A DNA stretch of 64,000 bases from a virus. Under the pieces are notes generated by a model that saw nothing but the letters and a program-made list of their open reading frames with translations, did no database searches and was not told where the DNA came from. The DNA lies in the IMG/VR virus record IMGVR_UViG_3300023116_000031, positions 1 through 64,000 of that record; one strand, given 5' to 3'. Below are positions 26,854-36,241 of the stretch, in pieces (the stretch's first letter is position 1; each line of letters starts with the position of its first letter). Position numbers and translations under genes: made by a program.

Positions 26854-28080
26854 ATGGCACAGGCACCCTACTCCGGCAAGCCCAAGCAGGATGCGTTCCT
26901 GCGCGCGGCTGACGCGGCTGGCTTTCCCGCTGGCTCCATCGTCGGCTACGCCGAGATTGACTCCATCATCGGCGACGCTACTCGCCCGTGGTGGCTGATC
27001 AACGCGATCGAGCATCGCGCTGGTCGCGGCAAGTTTCTTCTGCCCGCGATCGGCGGTGCGGTTGCGGCTGCTCCGAAGCCCGCGCCCAAGCGCGCTCCTG
27101 CTCCGAAGCGCGCTGCGGCTCCTGCTCCGGTCGCGGCTCCTGCTGCGGTCGAGCCTGTTGTTGCTCCGATTATGAAGGTCAGCTCGGTTTCCTACTCGGC
27201 TGTTCCTTCCAAGTCGGACAACTTCGTTCCGTTCGGACACTTCTCCGATCTGAAGCAGGTCTTCGACTCTGGCTTCTTCTATCCCGCCTTCATCACCGGA
27301 ATGTCCGGCAACGGCAAGACGTTCGCTGTCGAGCAGGCTGCGGCTCGCTCGGGTCGCGAGTTGTTTCGCGTCAACGTGACCGTCGAGACGGACGAGGATG
27401 ACCTCCTCGGTGGCTTCCGCCTCGTCGATGGCGAGACGCGATGGTTCGATGGTCCCGTCGTCGAGGCCATGCGACGCGGAGCGATCCTGCTCCTCGACGA
27501 GATTGACCTTGCGTCTAATCGGATCATGTGCCTCCAGCCTGTCCTCGAAGGCAAGCCTGTGCTGCTGAAGAAGATCAATGAGATCATCACTCCTGCTGAT
27601 GGCTTCACGATCGTCGCGACGGCGAACACGAAGGGCAAGGGGTCCGACGATGGTCGCTACGTTGGGACCAACGTGCTGAACGATGCGTTCCTTGAGCGAT
27701 TCGCGATCACGTTCGAGTGGGACTATCCGTCCGCTCCGGTCGAGACCAAGATCATCTCTGGGACTCTCGCCAAGCTCGGTGTGGACGATAAGGAGTGGGC
27801 GAAGCAGCTCGTGACTTGGGCTGGCATCACTCGCGCGTCCTTCGCTGAAGGTGCGGTTGACGAGTTGATCGCCACTCGACGGCTTGAGAAGATCGCCCAG
27901 GCTTTCGCCATCTTCGGTGACAAGCGCAAGGCTGTCGAGCTTTCGCTCAATCGCTTCGATGCCGAGACCAAGGAGGCCTTCATTGACCTCTACGACAAGG
28001 TCGTCGGTGACGAGCCGATCGAGGCTGCGGAGCGACACGCGGCCCCCGACGGCAGCGAGTCCTCGGAGGTTCCCTTCTAA
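26854..28080 (+). CDS. cobS: CobS/MoxR-like AAA+ ATPase of T4-like phages
   Basis: GMSGNGKT, RVNVTVETDEDDLLGGFRL, LLDEID, ATANTKGKGSDDGR; Pro/Ala linker. Confidence 0.85.
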   Translation: MAQAPYSGKPKQDAFLRAADAAGFPAGSIVGYAEIDSIIGDATRPWWLINAIEHRAGRGKFLLPAIGGAVAAAPKPAPKRAPAPKRAAAPAPVAAPAAVEPVVAPIMKVSSVSYSAVPSKSDNFVPFGHFSDLKQVFDSGFFYPAFITGMSGNGKTFAVEQAAARSGRELFRVNVTVETDEDDLLGGFRLVDGETRWFDGPVVEAMRRGAILLLDEIDLASNRIMCLQPVLEGKPVLLKKINEIITPADGFTIVATANTKGKGSDDGRYVGTNVLNDAFLERFAITFEWDYPSAPVETKIISGTLAKLGVDDKEWAKQLVTWAGITRASFAEGAVDELIATRRLEKIAQAFAIFGDKRKAVELSLNRFDAETKEAFIDLYDKVVGDEPIEAAERHAAPDGSESSEVPF

Positions 28081-28113
28081 TCATCGAGCCGCGCGCTCGA
28101 CGCGCGCAGGCTC

Positions 28114-28160
28114 CCCCGCCCCGTAAGGTTTTGGGTTCCCTTACGAGGCGGGGTTTCTTT
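28114..28160 (+). terminator. Intrinsic terminator
   Basis: CCCCGCCCCGTAAGG/CCTTACGAGGCGGGG stem followed by TTTCTTT. Confidence 0.75.
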
Positions 28161-28167
28161 CATGAGC

Positions 28168-28243
28168 CCTTCGACGTTTAGTCGAAGGCCTTCGACGTTT
28201 AGTCGAATGCGACGTTTAGTCGAAGGCCTTCGACGTTTAGTCG
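28168..28243 (+). repeat. Tandem array of four palindromic units
   Basis: CGACGTTTAGTCG at 28172, 28193, 28210 and 28231. Confidence 0.9.
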
Positions 28244-28394
28244 GGTTTCTTTTGATGAACGAGGTAAATGGTATGGATGATCTGGAGTTTCATCTGGAGC
28301 GGCTTGCTGATGCGAGCGCGGAGCGTGTCAATGAGTTCGTGGCACATTGGCTTGAGGTCGAGAGCATCGTCGAGATGTTCGAGGAGGCATAGTA

Positions 28395-28937
28395 ATGTCG
28401 GATCTGTTCGGCGGCGATTGGAAAAAGGTACAAACCTTTGAGATAGACTTTCGTGACCGGGCGTTCGCAAAGGGCTTTAGTTCGCCGCCGATCGACGCGG
28501 AGTCGCAGCGATTGGAATATTATGATGAGTTCACTGAACTTGGCGTTCGTCTAATATCAAACGACTATGATCAATCGCCATATGCGGTAATGTTCGTGAA
28601 CCGTGACGTTGACTGGTCGAAGATTAGGGACAGGGCGGGGTGGGAAGAGTTCTACCGCGTTGACCCGGACAAGTTCTGGTTAGTATCGGTTCGCCAGCGC
28701 AAGGAATCGCTGCCTAATGTCTTTACCTTGCTATGGTTCCGTTGGAGCAGGGATCTGTCCCATGATCATCCTGATTTTTCGAGGGCGTCGAACGCTTTGG
28801 GTGTTCCGTTTGAATCCGAACCAGTCGAAGAGTGGATCTGGAACTACGAAACGAACACATTCATCACGCCCAAAAAGGATAAGGAAGGGCGAAAAGCACC
28901 TTCTCGATCTTGGGCCCCAACCTCTATGTCTAAATAA
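28395..28937 (+). CDS. Hypothetical protein
   Basis: GAGGAGG RBS; 180 aa. Confidence 0.6.
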   Translation: MSDLFGGDWKKVQTFEIDFRDRAFAKGFSSPPIDAESQRLEYYDEFTELGVRLISNDYDQSPYAVMFVNRDVDWSKIRDRAGWEEFYRVDPDKFWLVSVRQRKESLPNVFTLLWFRWSRDLSHDHPDFSRASNALGVPFESEPVEEWIWNYETNTFITPKKDKEGRKAPSRSWAPTSMSK

Positions 28938-28960
28938 CTCTTCATTCATAGGAGGAATAT

Positions 28961-29197
28961 ATGGCTGCCAATAATTCAATCGCCTGTACGGTGACTGATG
29001 GTGATCCCGACCATATAGAGGATTTGAGTGACAATCTGGAACAGCTTCTTATTGAAGCTGCGAAAGACATTGCGGACAGGATACCTGAACTATCAAGCGA
29101 CTACGGCACAGCCCCCGACGGCATCGACCTCATTCGTTTTCATGTGCGAGAGATTCTGATGGAGAACGTCTATCTAAAAATTATGATGCCAACTTGA
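28961..29197 (+). CDS. Hypothetical protein
   Basis: AGGAGG RBS; CTAAATA at 28930. Confidence 0.55.
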   Translation: MAANNSIACTVTDGDPDHIEDLSDNLEQLLIEAAKDIADRIPELSSDYGTAPDGIDLIRFHVREILMENVYLKIMMPT

Positions 29198-29264
29198 AAT
29201 GGCATGTGACTTGCGGCTTCTAGTGTGCTATATACTAGGAGCCCTTTTTATTATGGAGGATTGA

Positions 29265-30251
29265 ATGAAGAAGGAAATTTCGATTGAAGAGTTGCGAACG
29301 AGAAAGATTTTTGTTGCGACTCCGATGTATGGTGGTCAATGTCATGGCATGTATGCAAAGTCTTCGACTGACCTAGCCACTCAAGCTGCCAAGTATGGCA
29401 TGGATGTTCGGTTCTTTTACCTGTTCAATGAGAGCTTGATTACTCGTGCGCGTAACTATTTGGTCGATGAGTTTCTTCGATCAGACTGTACGCACTTGAT
29501 GTTTCTTGATTCAGACATTGGATTTGCTGCTCAGGATGTTCTGGCTCTGGCTGCTATTGCGGAACCCGGATCTGACTATGACATTGTGTGTGGTCCGTAC
29601 CCGAAGAAGTGCATTGCATGGGAGCGCGTAGTTGCTGCTGTCAAGTCTGGGCTGACCGACCAACATGGCGCACAATGGCTTGAGAATATCGTCGGCGACT
29701 TCGTGTTCAATCCCGTCGAGGGTGGAGACAAGATCGACCTTGGCACTCCAGTTGAAGTGCTTGAAGGTGGAACTGGCTTTATGATGATTCAGAGGCATGT
29801 GTTTGAGAAGTGGAATGAAGCATATCCTGAGCTTCAGTATACTCCTGACCACAACCGATCCGCGCACTTCGATGGCACGCGAAAGATCATGTGCTACTTC
29901 GATACCGTTATCGAGGATGAACACAACCGCTACCTCTCCGAAGACTATATGTTCTGTCAGTGGTCGCGAAAGATCGGGTTGAAGATTTGGATGTGCCCGT
30001 GGATGGTGATGTCGCATCAGGGTGCTTACGGGTTCAATGGAAACCTTCCTGCGATTAGTGCGGTTCCAAATGCGACGCACGGAGGAATGGTTGGGCAACC
30101 TTTGCCGAACAAGGTGAACCCTTTGACTCCGCCTCCTGCTGTATCGCCTGAACGGGCTGAAGGGCTTGCGTCACGAGCAGCACGGAGACGAGAAGCTGCT
30201 CGGAAGCGTCGTGAAGAGCGTAAGGCAAAGAAGTCGAATGATTCTGCATAA
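29265..30251 (+). CDS. GT-A fold glycosyltransferase-like protein
   Basis: FVATPMYGG, NESLITRARN, DSD, GTGFMMI, YLSEDYMFC. Confidence 0.8.
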   Translation: MKKEISIEELRTRKIFVATPMYGGQCHGMYAKSSTDLATQAAKYGMDVRFFYLFNESLITRARNYLVDEFLRSDCTHLMFLDSDIGFAAQDVLALAAIAEPGSDYDIVCGPYPKKCIAWERVVAAVKSGLTDQHGAQWLENIVGDFVFNPVEGGDKIDLGTPVEVLEGGTGFMMIQRHVFEKWNEAYPELQYTPDHNRSAHFDGTRKIMCYFDTVIEDEHNRYLSEDYMFCQWSRKIGLKIWMCPWMVMSHQGAYGFNGNLPAISAVPNATHGGMVGQPLPNKVNPLTPPPAVSPERAEGLASRAARRREAARKRREERKAKKSNDSA

Positions 30252-30663
30252 GACGATAGCGACAGCAGGAAAGTTTGACTGGCTCACGGATCTTGATGTC
30301 AAGTTTCTAAACTATGTCAGTGAGCTTGGGGATGACCTCGTTGTTATTCTATACAACGATCGTCGAGTTGATATGGGAGTTACCAATCGAGGCAATCGTG
30401 TCAATGCTCGAATCAAACAGCTTGAAGCACTCGATTGTGTGGATTCGGTTCTTGTTACTAATCACGGAGCAGATTTTCGATACGCTCCATTTACGGACAT
30501 TGAGCCGGATGACCTGAGTGTTGGTTATGAGATTGAGCAGTTGCGGCCGCACTTGTTTGTTACGCACCAACAGAAGGTGTGGGTTCATAATGAAAAGGCG
30601 TGTGAGGAATTGAAAGTTCCTATGCGTTTTGTGACAATGGAGGAATATTTTCCAGATGAGTGA
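30238..30663 (+). CDS. Cytidylyltransferase-fold protein with a degenerate HxGH motif
   Basis: TAGKFD, LGDDLVV..YND, R...LEALDCVD.V. Confidence 0.6.
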   Translation: MILHKTIATAGKFDWLTDLDVKFLNYVSELGDDLVVILYNDRRVDMGVTNRGNRVNARIKQLEALDCVDSVLVTNHGADFRYAPFTDIEPDDLSVGYEIEQLRPHLFVTHQQKVWVHNEKACEELKVPMRFVTMEEYFPDE

Positions 30664-30970
30664 TTTCAAGTTTCGTGAAGACGAGTTGATGCAGGAGCTT
30701 CGCGAGTATATCGAATCTACCTATGGGCAACATTACGTTGGCGGTGCAGGTGGCAAGGAAGCACTTCAGATTCAGGAGTTGTTTCATTCGATCGGCATCG
30801 CTGTTCCGTTCTGTCAGGCTAACGCGATCAAGTATCTTTCGCGCTGGGGTAAGAAGGGAGGCAAGAATCGCAAGGATCTGCTCAAGGCTCTCCACTATAC
30901 CATTCTGCTGATGTATTTCGATGATGATAATGTGCCATCTTCGGACGATCAGTTGACATTTGTGCTTTAG
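30656..30970 (+). CDS. DUF3310 / T7 gp1.7-like putative nucleotide kinase
   Basis: TYGQHY...FCQANAIKYLSRWGKK...DLLKALHY. Confidence 0.75.
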   Translation: MSDFKFREDELMQELREYIESTYGQHYVGGAGGKEALQIQELFHSIGIAVPFCQANAIKYLSRWGKKGGKNRKDLLKALHYTILLMYFDDDNVPSSDDQLTFVL

Positions 30971-30980
30971 TAACTATACT
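30953..30980 (+). promoter_or_regulatory. Sigma70-type promoter of the clamp/loader operon
   Basis: TTGACA-N16-TATACT. Confidence 0.7.
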
Positions 30981-31023
30981 ATACAAGAACGACTCGTAGA
31001 GTCTCTGATAAGGAAAATACATA

Positions 31024-31698
31024 ATGAAGATTTCAAGTGAAACCATTTCCATTCTCCAGAATTTTGCCTCGATCAACAACGGGCTTCAGGTCAAGGCTGG
31101 AAATATTCTGCGAACCATTTCTCCCGGTAAGGCTTTGCTCGCGAGCGCAGTTGTCTCTGAGACATTCGATGACTTTTGCGTTTATGATCTGAGCCAGTTC
31201 CTTGGCACTCTTTCTCTGTTCAATGATCCTGACGTTGTGTTTGAGGATGGATATGCTGTCATTACCGATGGTAACAGCAAGGTCAGGTATGTCTATGCTG
31301 ATCCGAATACAATCGTAACCGTTCCTGATCGTGAGTTGACGATTGATCCTGCCATCAAGGTTGTCATCAAGAAGGAAAATCTCCAGAAGGCTCTCAAGGC
31401 AGCGAATGTGCTTGGGCTTCCCAACATCGTCATTGCGGGAGATGAACAAGGAGACGTGGAGCTTCGCGCAACCGATGTAAAGAACAGCACATCAAACCAG
31501 ATCGCTGTTGCACTTCAGGACGACGAGGTTGTTACTTCTCCCGGCAACTCGTTTTCGATGGTCTTCAAGCTCGACAATCTGAAGATCATTCAGGATGATT
31601 ACGTTGTGAGCATTGCAACCAACGGAATCTCTGAGTTTGTTGGAAATACTGCGCGTTATTTTGTTGCAGTAGAGCAGGCTGACTCAAAGTTCAACTAA
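31024..31698 (+). CDS. gp45: Sliding clamp
   Basis: MKISSETISILQNFASIN, YDLSQFL; lies just before the clamp loader. Confidence 0.93.
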   Translation: MKISSETISILQNFASINNGLQVKAGNILRTISPGKALLASAVVSETFDDFCVYDLSQFLGTLSLFNDPDVVFEDGYAVITDGNSKVRYVYADPNTIVTVPDRELTIDPAIKVVIKKENLQKALKAANVLGLPNIVIAGDEQGDVELRATDVKNSTSNQIAVALQDDEVVTSPGNSFSMVFKLDNLKIIQDDYVVSIATNGISEFVGNTARYFVAVEQADSKFN

Positions 31699-31719
31699 AT
31701 AAACAGGATCAACTACTAA

Positions 31720-32667
31720 ATGAGTTTGAACAATGAAGAGTTCCTTTGGGTCGAAAAGTATAGACCCAAAACGATTGATGAATGTATCCTACCGTCAAGT
31801 ATCAAAGCCACTTTCGATGAATTCCTCAAGGCTGGGGATATTCCTAATCTTCTGCTGGCTGGTTCTGCTGGAACTGGCAAGACGACAGTAGCTCGTGCTT
31901 TGTGCGAGCAGATTGGTGCGGACTACATCATCATCAATGGGTCAGAGGAAAGCGGGATTGATGTTCTACGAACGAAGATCAAGCAGTTTGCCTCTACGGT
32001 AAGTTTCAGTGGCGCGAGAAAGATGGTCATCCTCGATGAGGCCGACTATCTTAATCCTTCCTCGACGCAGCCTGCACTTCGTGGGTTCATCGAGGAGTTC
32101 TCTGGAAACTGCGGATTCGTTTTCACTTGTAACTACAAGAATCGAATTATTGATCCCATTCACTCTCGCTGTAGCGTGATCGACTTTCGTATCAACAATG
32201 CAGACAAGCCTCAGATTGCAAGCCAGTTTATGGCTCGCATGGAGCATGTTCTGACCAGCGAGGGGATCGACTTCGACCGCAGAGTTATCGCGGAGCTTAT
32301 CAAGAAGCACTTCCCTGATTTCAGGCGAGTAATCAATGAGCTTCAACGATATTCAGTCAGTGGGAAAATTGATACTGGTATTCTGGTACAAGTTGCTGAT
32401 GTTTCTATCAAGACGCTGATGGGAGCCCTGCGTGAGAAGGACTTCAAGTCCATGCGAAAGTGGGTTGTTGAAAACATCGACAATGACCCGACGCGAATCT
32501 TCCGTAAGATTTATGATTCATTGTATGAATATATCGAACCGGAAAGCATTCCGCAGACTGTGGTTACGTTAGCGGACTACAGTTACAAGCACGCCTTCTG
32601 TGCAGATGGTGAGTTGAATCTTGTAGCCTGTTTAACCGAACTAATGGTGGACGCTAAGTTCAAGTGA
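31720..32667 (+). CDS. gp44: Clamp loader large subunit
   Basis: LWVEKYRP, GTGKTT, LDEADYL, SRC. Confidence 0.95.
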   Translation: MSLNNEEFLWVEKYRPKTIDECILPSSIKATFDEFLKAGDIPNLLLAGSAGTGKTTVARALCEQIGADYIIINGSEESGIDVLRTKIKQFASTVSFSGARKMVILDEADYLNPSSTQPALRGFIEEFSGNCGFVFTCNYKNRIIDPIHSRCSVIDFRINNADKPQIASQFMARMEHVLTSEGIDFDRRVIAELIKKHFPDFRRVINELQRYSVSGKIDTGILVQVADVSIKTLMGALREKDFKSMRKWVVENIDNDPTRIFRKIYDSLYEYIEPESIPQTVVTLADYSYKHAFCADGELNLVACLTELMVDAKFK

Positions 32668-32671
32668 GGGG

Positions 32672-32956
32672 ATGATGGGTGCATTGAAATATGTAAAGTG
32701 GCCAGTCAAATCTCAGTTCGACGATCCAATGACGAAAACTGAATGGGAATGGCTCGATAATAAGATGCGAGACTATATCACAGAAAGAGTGGCTGGATGT
32801 GATACCCAACAGGCAGTCTTTGCACTTGGTGAGTTGATGGCGGAACTGCACTCACAAAAAACAAAAACAGGTAACGTAAAAAATCAACGTAAGCTAGGCT
32901 TACAGCATGACTACACACTTTTTGTGTATGACCATTTGTTTGAAAGGATTCTTTAA
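32672..32956 (+). CDS. Hypothetical protein
   Basis: ORF inserted after gp44. Confidence 0.5.
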   Translation: MMGALKYVKWPVKSQFDDPMTKTEWEWLDNKMRDYITERVAGCDTQQAVFALGELMAELHSQKTKTGNVKNQRKLGLQHDYTLFVYDHLFERIL

Positions 32957-32957
32957 T

Positions 32958-34418
32958 ATGGGTTTGGGACGAGGAGATTGGAAGCTGATTACAATTACGG
33001 TTGGTGAATTCATGGGCGATCCACTTACTGCATGGAATGTTGAGCCTTCTCTAAATCAGCGTGCATATTGTGATACGGCTGCAAAGTTAAAACTGCGTGA
33101 GCCTATTCTTAGATCAGTTCTAATAGGAGAACCCATTGGACCGTTCCATCTTGTAGATAAGTATCGCGAACAAACGGGAAAGACCGGGAAATATCGAGGA
33201 CAAAGGGGAAAGTATTGGATTGAGGATGCGAACCATCGCAGAACTCATCTCATCGAGTTTGTTCAAAATAGAGTTTCTATTGAATGGGAGGGTAAGACTG
33301 TATATTTTCGTGATCTGTCTCTATCCGATAGAAAGAATTTGTTGGAATATGAATTGCACATATATGTCTATTTCAATGCTACAGCAGAAGAGCGCGCCAG
33401 ACTATTCCGTCAATTAAATTCGGGAATCCCCCTTAGTGTATATGAAGTGATGAATGCTTATATGAACGATGCTATGAACATCATTCGTATAACCACTGGG
33501 CTCGGAGAACGGTGGGAGGGTGAGGATGAGTATAAGATTCCTGAAATCTTTGATGAGCTTCCATTGAAGCGAAAACAGAGACACCCGTTGTGGGCTGATT
33601 TTGAAAGAGGAGAATGGTACCACACAGCCAGTCTCAAAAATCGGATTGACTTTGCATCAAAGATGTTTATGGTTTTTTGTAAGAAGAATGATCCGAATAA
33701 TGATTCTAGTATCTATTCAGCGTATAGCATGTCCATGAATGATCAAGGAGTGCTTCGACTTCTTCGCAGTAAGAATGATGGGCCTGGATATTGGCAGATG
33801 ATTCAGAATCGTGAAGATGGGTTGTCTAAGAAAATTTTGACAGAGTATTATGATTTTTTGGATGAATTGAATAAGGTATTGCGAGCCGCACCAAAGGGTC
33901 GTAAGGATTTCACCACTCCTATTATGATCGAAGGCATTGCGATGTTCATGTTGGGGATTGAGAATTGGCAGGAAAAGAAGATCGGAAAGCTGATTAAAGA
34001 TTATGGATTGTTCGCTTCGAGCTTCATTGAAGCGCACGAATATATGCGCGAAAATCCTGAAGAGGATACGAAATATTTTGCATATACAAAGGCCTGCGGA
34101 AGAAAGAATGAAGAAGAGTGGAAGCTCAAGAATGACATTCTAAGGGAGTATTTTTCGGAAAACTACAACAATTTCGATCATAAGGTATGCGGAATTAATC
34201 TGGTAAATAAGGGGCAGAAGCGATTCTTTACCCGAGCAGTGAAAATGCGAGTATTGCGTAATCAGGGAAATGTATGCTCTGGGTGCGAGAAGCCGCTAAC
34301 CTTGGACGAATCGCACGCACATCACATCATTCCGGTTGTTGTGGGTGGAGATACTGTGGAATCTAATTGTGAAATGCTTCATCAAACATGCCACATGGTC
34401 AAACACTTGGGGCTGTAA
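32958..34418 (+). CDS. DUF262/ParB-like domain fused to an HNH endonuclease (GmrSD-like)
   Basis: NQR, IEDANHRR (DGQQR-like), LFRQLNSGIPLS; C-terminal CSGC..HAHHIIP..GG....NC..LH..CH. Confidence 0.7.
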   Translation: MGLGRGDWKLITITVGEFMGDPLTAWNVEPSLNQRAYCDTAAKLKLREPILRSVLIGEPIGPFHLVDKYREQTGKTGKYRGQRGKYWIEDANHRRTHLIEFVQNRVSIEWEGKTVYFRDLSLSDRKNLLEYELHIYVYFNATAEERARLFRQLNSGIPLSVYEVMNAYMNDAMNIIRITTGLGERWEGEDEYKIPEIFDELPLKRKQRHPLWADFERGEWYHTASLKNRIDFASKMFMVFCKKNDPNNDSSIYSAYSMSMNDQGVLRLLRSKNDGPGYWQMIQNREDGLSKKILTEYYDFLDELNKVLRAAPKGRKDFTTPIMIEGIAMFMLGIENWQEKKIGKLIKDYGLFASSFIEAHEYMRENPEEDTKYFAYTKACGRKNEEEWKLKNDILREYFSENYNNFDHKVCGINLVNKGQKRFFTRAVKMRVLRNQGNVCSGCEKPLTLDESHAHHIIPVVVGGDTVESNCEMLHQTCHMVKHLGL

Positions 34419-34843
34419 TGAGTGACATTTACAACAAATCGTTCTACGATGAACGCATCAAGCAAATGCCGCTAATCTATGTTGGTGGAAGATTTAGTGA
34501 TGGTGGTAAGTTACCGGAGGAGGATCAAAAAAAGAATCGCGACCTCCTCCGGTATCACTCTGCTGTGTTTACCAATCTCGGGTGGGCAGTTATATGCCCG
34601 CTGGAGATGGATATGTGGGCGTATGATCGTGGGTTAATGAAGTATGAGGACTGTATTGGCAAGGATCTGGTGTTGATTTCTCGTTCAGATATGCTATTCT
34701 TAGCACCGGGCTGGGAGAAGGGAACAGGCACTCAAATTGAGTTTGAGTTTGCCCAAGACCACAACATTCCGATCATTCACGATCATATGTCTGCCCACGA
34801 GTTTCTACATGGCACATGGAGACGAATAGATGAAGTTGGGTGA
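34418..34843 (+). CDS. Nucleoside 2-deoxyribosyltransferase-like (DUF4406-type) protein
   Basis: IYVGG.F, VICP, DL.LI..SD, GWEKGTGTQIE. Confidence 0.7.
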   Translation: MSDIYNKSFYDERIKQMPLIYVGGRFSDGGKLPEEDQKKNRDLLRYHSAVFTNLGWAVICPLEMDMWAYDRGLMKYEDCIGKDLVLISRSDMLFLAPGWEKGTGTQIEFEFAQDHNIPIIHDHMSAHEFLHGTWRRIDEVG

Positions 34844-35219
34844 TTTTCTCACCTCCATCAATAAGAGCAAGCAGCCGTTGATGGACGAAGACGAGTTTGC
34901 GGAAAAAGAGTATCCTCCGTTTCCGATCAATCGGACTCTGAGTTACTTCTCGGATACCGTATTGTTCGCAAATGAGATGAACCGAAGACATTGGATCGAC
35001 CATAAGCTCCAGTTCGATTATCTACGAACAGCCGTTCGTCAGAAGAGCCGATTTAGTCGATGGCACAAAGCGAACATTGAGGACGATGTGAAGGTCATTC
35101 AGCAGGTGTATGGGTATTCCTCGCAGCGTGCAATGGAAGTTGCCGATTTGCTCACACCAGAGCAAATGTCAGAGTTGCGTCAGAAACTCAACACTGGCGG
35201 TAAGGGTAAGATTCGCTAA
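34830..35219 (+). CDS. gp62: Clamp loader small subunit
   Basis: FLTSIN, YPPFPINRTLS, ANEMN, LQFDYL, YGYS; lies upstream of regA. Confidence 0.9.
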   Translation: MKLGDFLTSINKSKQPLMDEDEFAEKEYPPFPINRTLSYFSDTVLFANEMNRRHWIDHKLQFDYLRTAVRQKSRFSRWHKANIEDDVKVIQQVYGYSSQRAMEVADLLTPEQMSELRQKLNTGGKGKIR

Positions 35220-35247
35220 ATAGTCACTCCGAGGAAGGAGTGACAAA

Positions 35248-35667
35248 ATGGCAGATGATGATATTTTCAATGGACTGGGTGTTGAAGTTACGTTACCGAA
35301 TGATGAAAACTTCCTGAAGGTCAAAGAAACCCTTACAAGAATTGGTATAGCATCCAAGCAAAATATGACACTGAGTCAATCCTGTCATATATTACATAAG
35401 CGTGGAAGATATGCTATACTACATTTCAAGGAATTGTTTATTCTCGATGGCAAAAGTGGTCGAACGAACTTCACGGATGAGGATGCACAAAGGCGAAATA
35501 CAATCGCTGCGTTGCTCGCAGAGTGGGGATTGGTCGATTTAGTCGATGATGTTGATGAAAAGCTCTCAATGAGAAGCATCAAGATTGTGCCACATCGAGA
35601 AAAAGCACAATGGAATCTCGTGTCTAAGTATACGATAGGAAATGATAGAAATGAAAACTCTACTTGA
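35248..35667 (+). CDS. regA: Translational repressor RegA
   Basis: FLKVKETLTRIGIAS, QSCHILHKRGRY.I.HFKELF.LDG. Confidence 0.95.
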   Translation: MADDDIFNGLGVEVTLPNDENFLKVKETLTRIGIASKQNMTLSQSCHILHKRGRYAILHFKELFILDGKSGRTNFTDEDAQRRNTIAALLAEWGLVDLVDDVDEKLSMRSIKIVPHREKAQWNLVSKYTIGNDRNENST

Positions 35668-36241
35668 AGCAAGTCTTACCCGAATTTATCAGAAAACGCA
35701 AAAGTATGCTGTTGGCGCAGTAACGGCTGAGCGTGGTGGTAGATCCAGGGCCGAGAACAAGGCCAATAACAAGAAAGTTTTAGCCTATCTTCTCGACAAA
35801 GGTTACTCGGTCATCAAGGTGAAGGGTAGCTACATGGAGAATTTCGGAAGTGAAGACGAGCGCGAAGTCGGAGAAGAGTCATTCTTTGTAGCCAATCACA
35901 AGGTTGATGGTGATGATGGCGGAGAGCTTGAGCGCGATCTTATCAAGCTCGGTCGTCTATACGATCAGGATAGTATCCTGAGCGTTCCCTTCGGTAAGAA
36001 GGGATACCTATACGGAACGTCGAAGCGCAGCAACGCCTTTCCTGACTACAATCAGAAGCACGTTGTCGGAAAGCCTGTGTTTGGAGATGCGAAAGGACAG
36101 TTCTTCTCTCGTGTTCGCGGCCGGAAGTTTGCAGTCGAGGCAGCAGAGGAGTTGGAAGTTCCGAATACTCGTAACGGTAAATGGGCAATGAGTCTAATGG
36201 CCGTTGAAGTGAGAAATGCAATGAATAACCTTGAGGAGTGA
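35651..36241 (+). CDS. Conserved phage protein with a cleavage-like N-terminus
   Basis: MKTLLEASL; TA.R...EN...GY...G.Y.E...EESF..LG..YDQDSIL. Confidence 0.6.
   Translation: MKTLLEASLTRIYQKTQKYAVGAVTAERGGRSRAENKANNKKVLAYLLDKGYSVIKVKGSYMENFGSEDEREVGEESFFVANHKVDGDDGGELERDLIKLGRLYDQDSILSVPFGKKGYLYGTSKRSNAFPDYNQKHVVGKPVFGDAKGQFFSRVRGRKFAVEAAEELEVPNTRNGKWAMSLMAVEVRNAMNNLEE

Noticed and set aside
26743-28038. 431-aa minus-strand ORF, and similar long antisense ORFs at 22710-23762, 40181-41008 and 1524-2276
   Set aside because: These are shadow frames of well-supported plus-strand genes, favoured by codon bias, and have no motifs.
26854-28080. True cobalamin-biosynthesis role for cobS
   Set aside because: The protein matches the MoxR-type ATPase common in T4-like phages, and no cobT/cobN or other cob genes are here.
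28168-28243. CRISPR array
   Set aside because: The units are 13-21 bp with only 4-8 bp between cores, there are no unique spacers, and no cas genes are present.
28162-28272. N-terminal extension of ORF 28162..28392
   Set aside because: It is just the translation of the palindromic repeat. The plausible gene starts at 28273 after GAGG.
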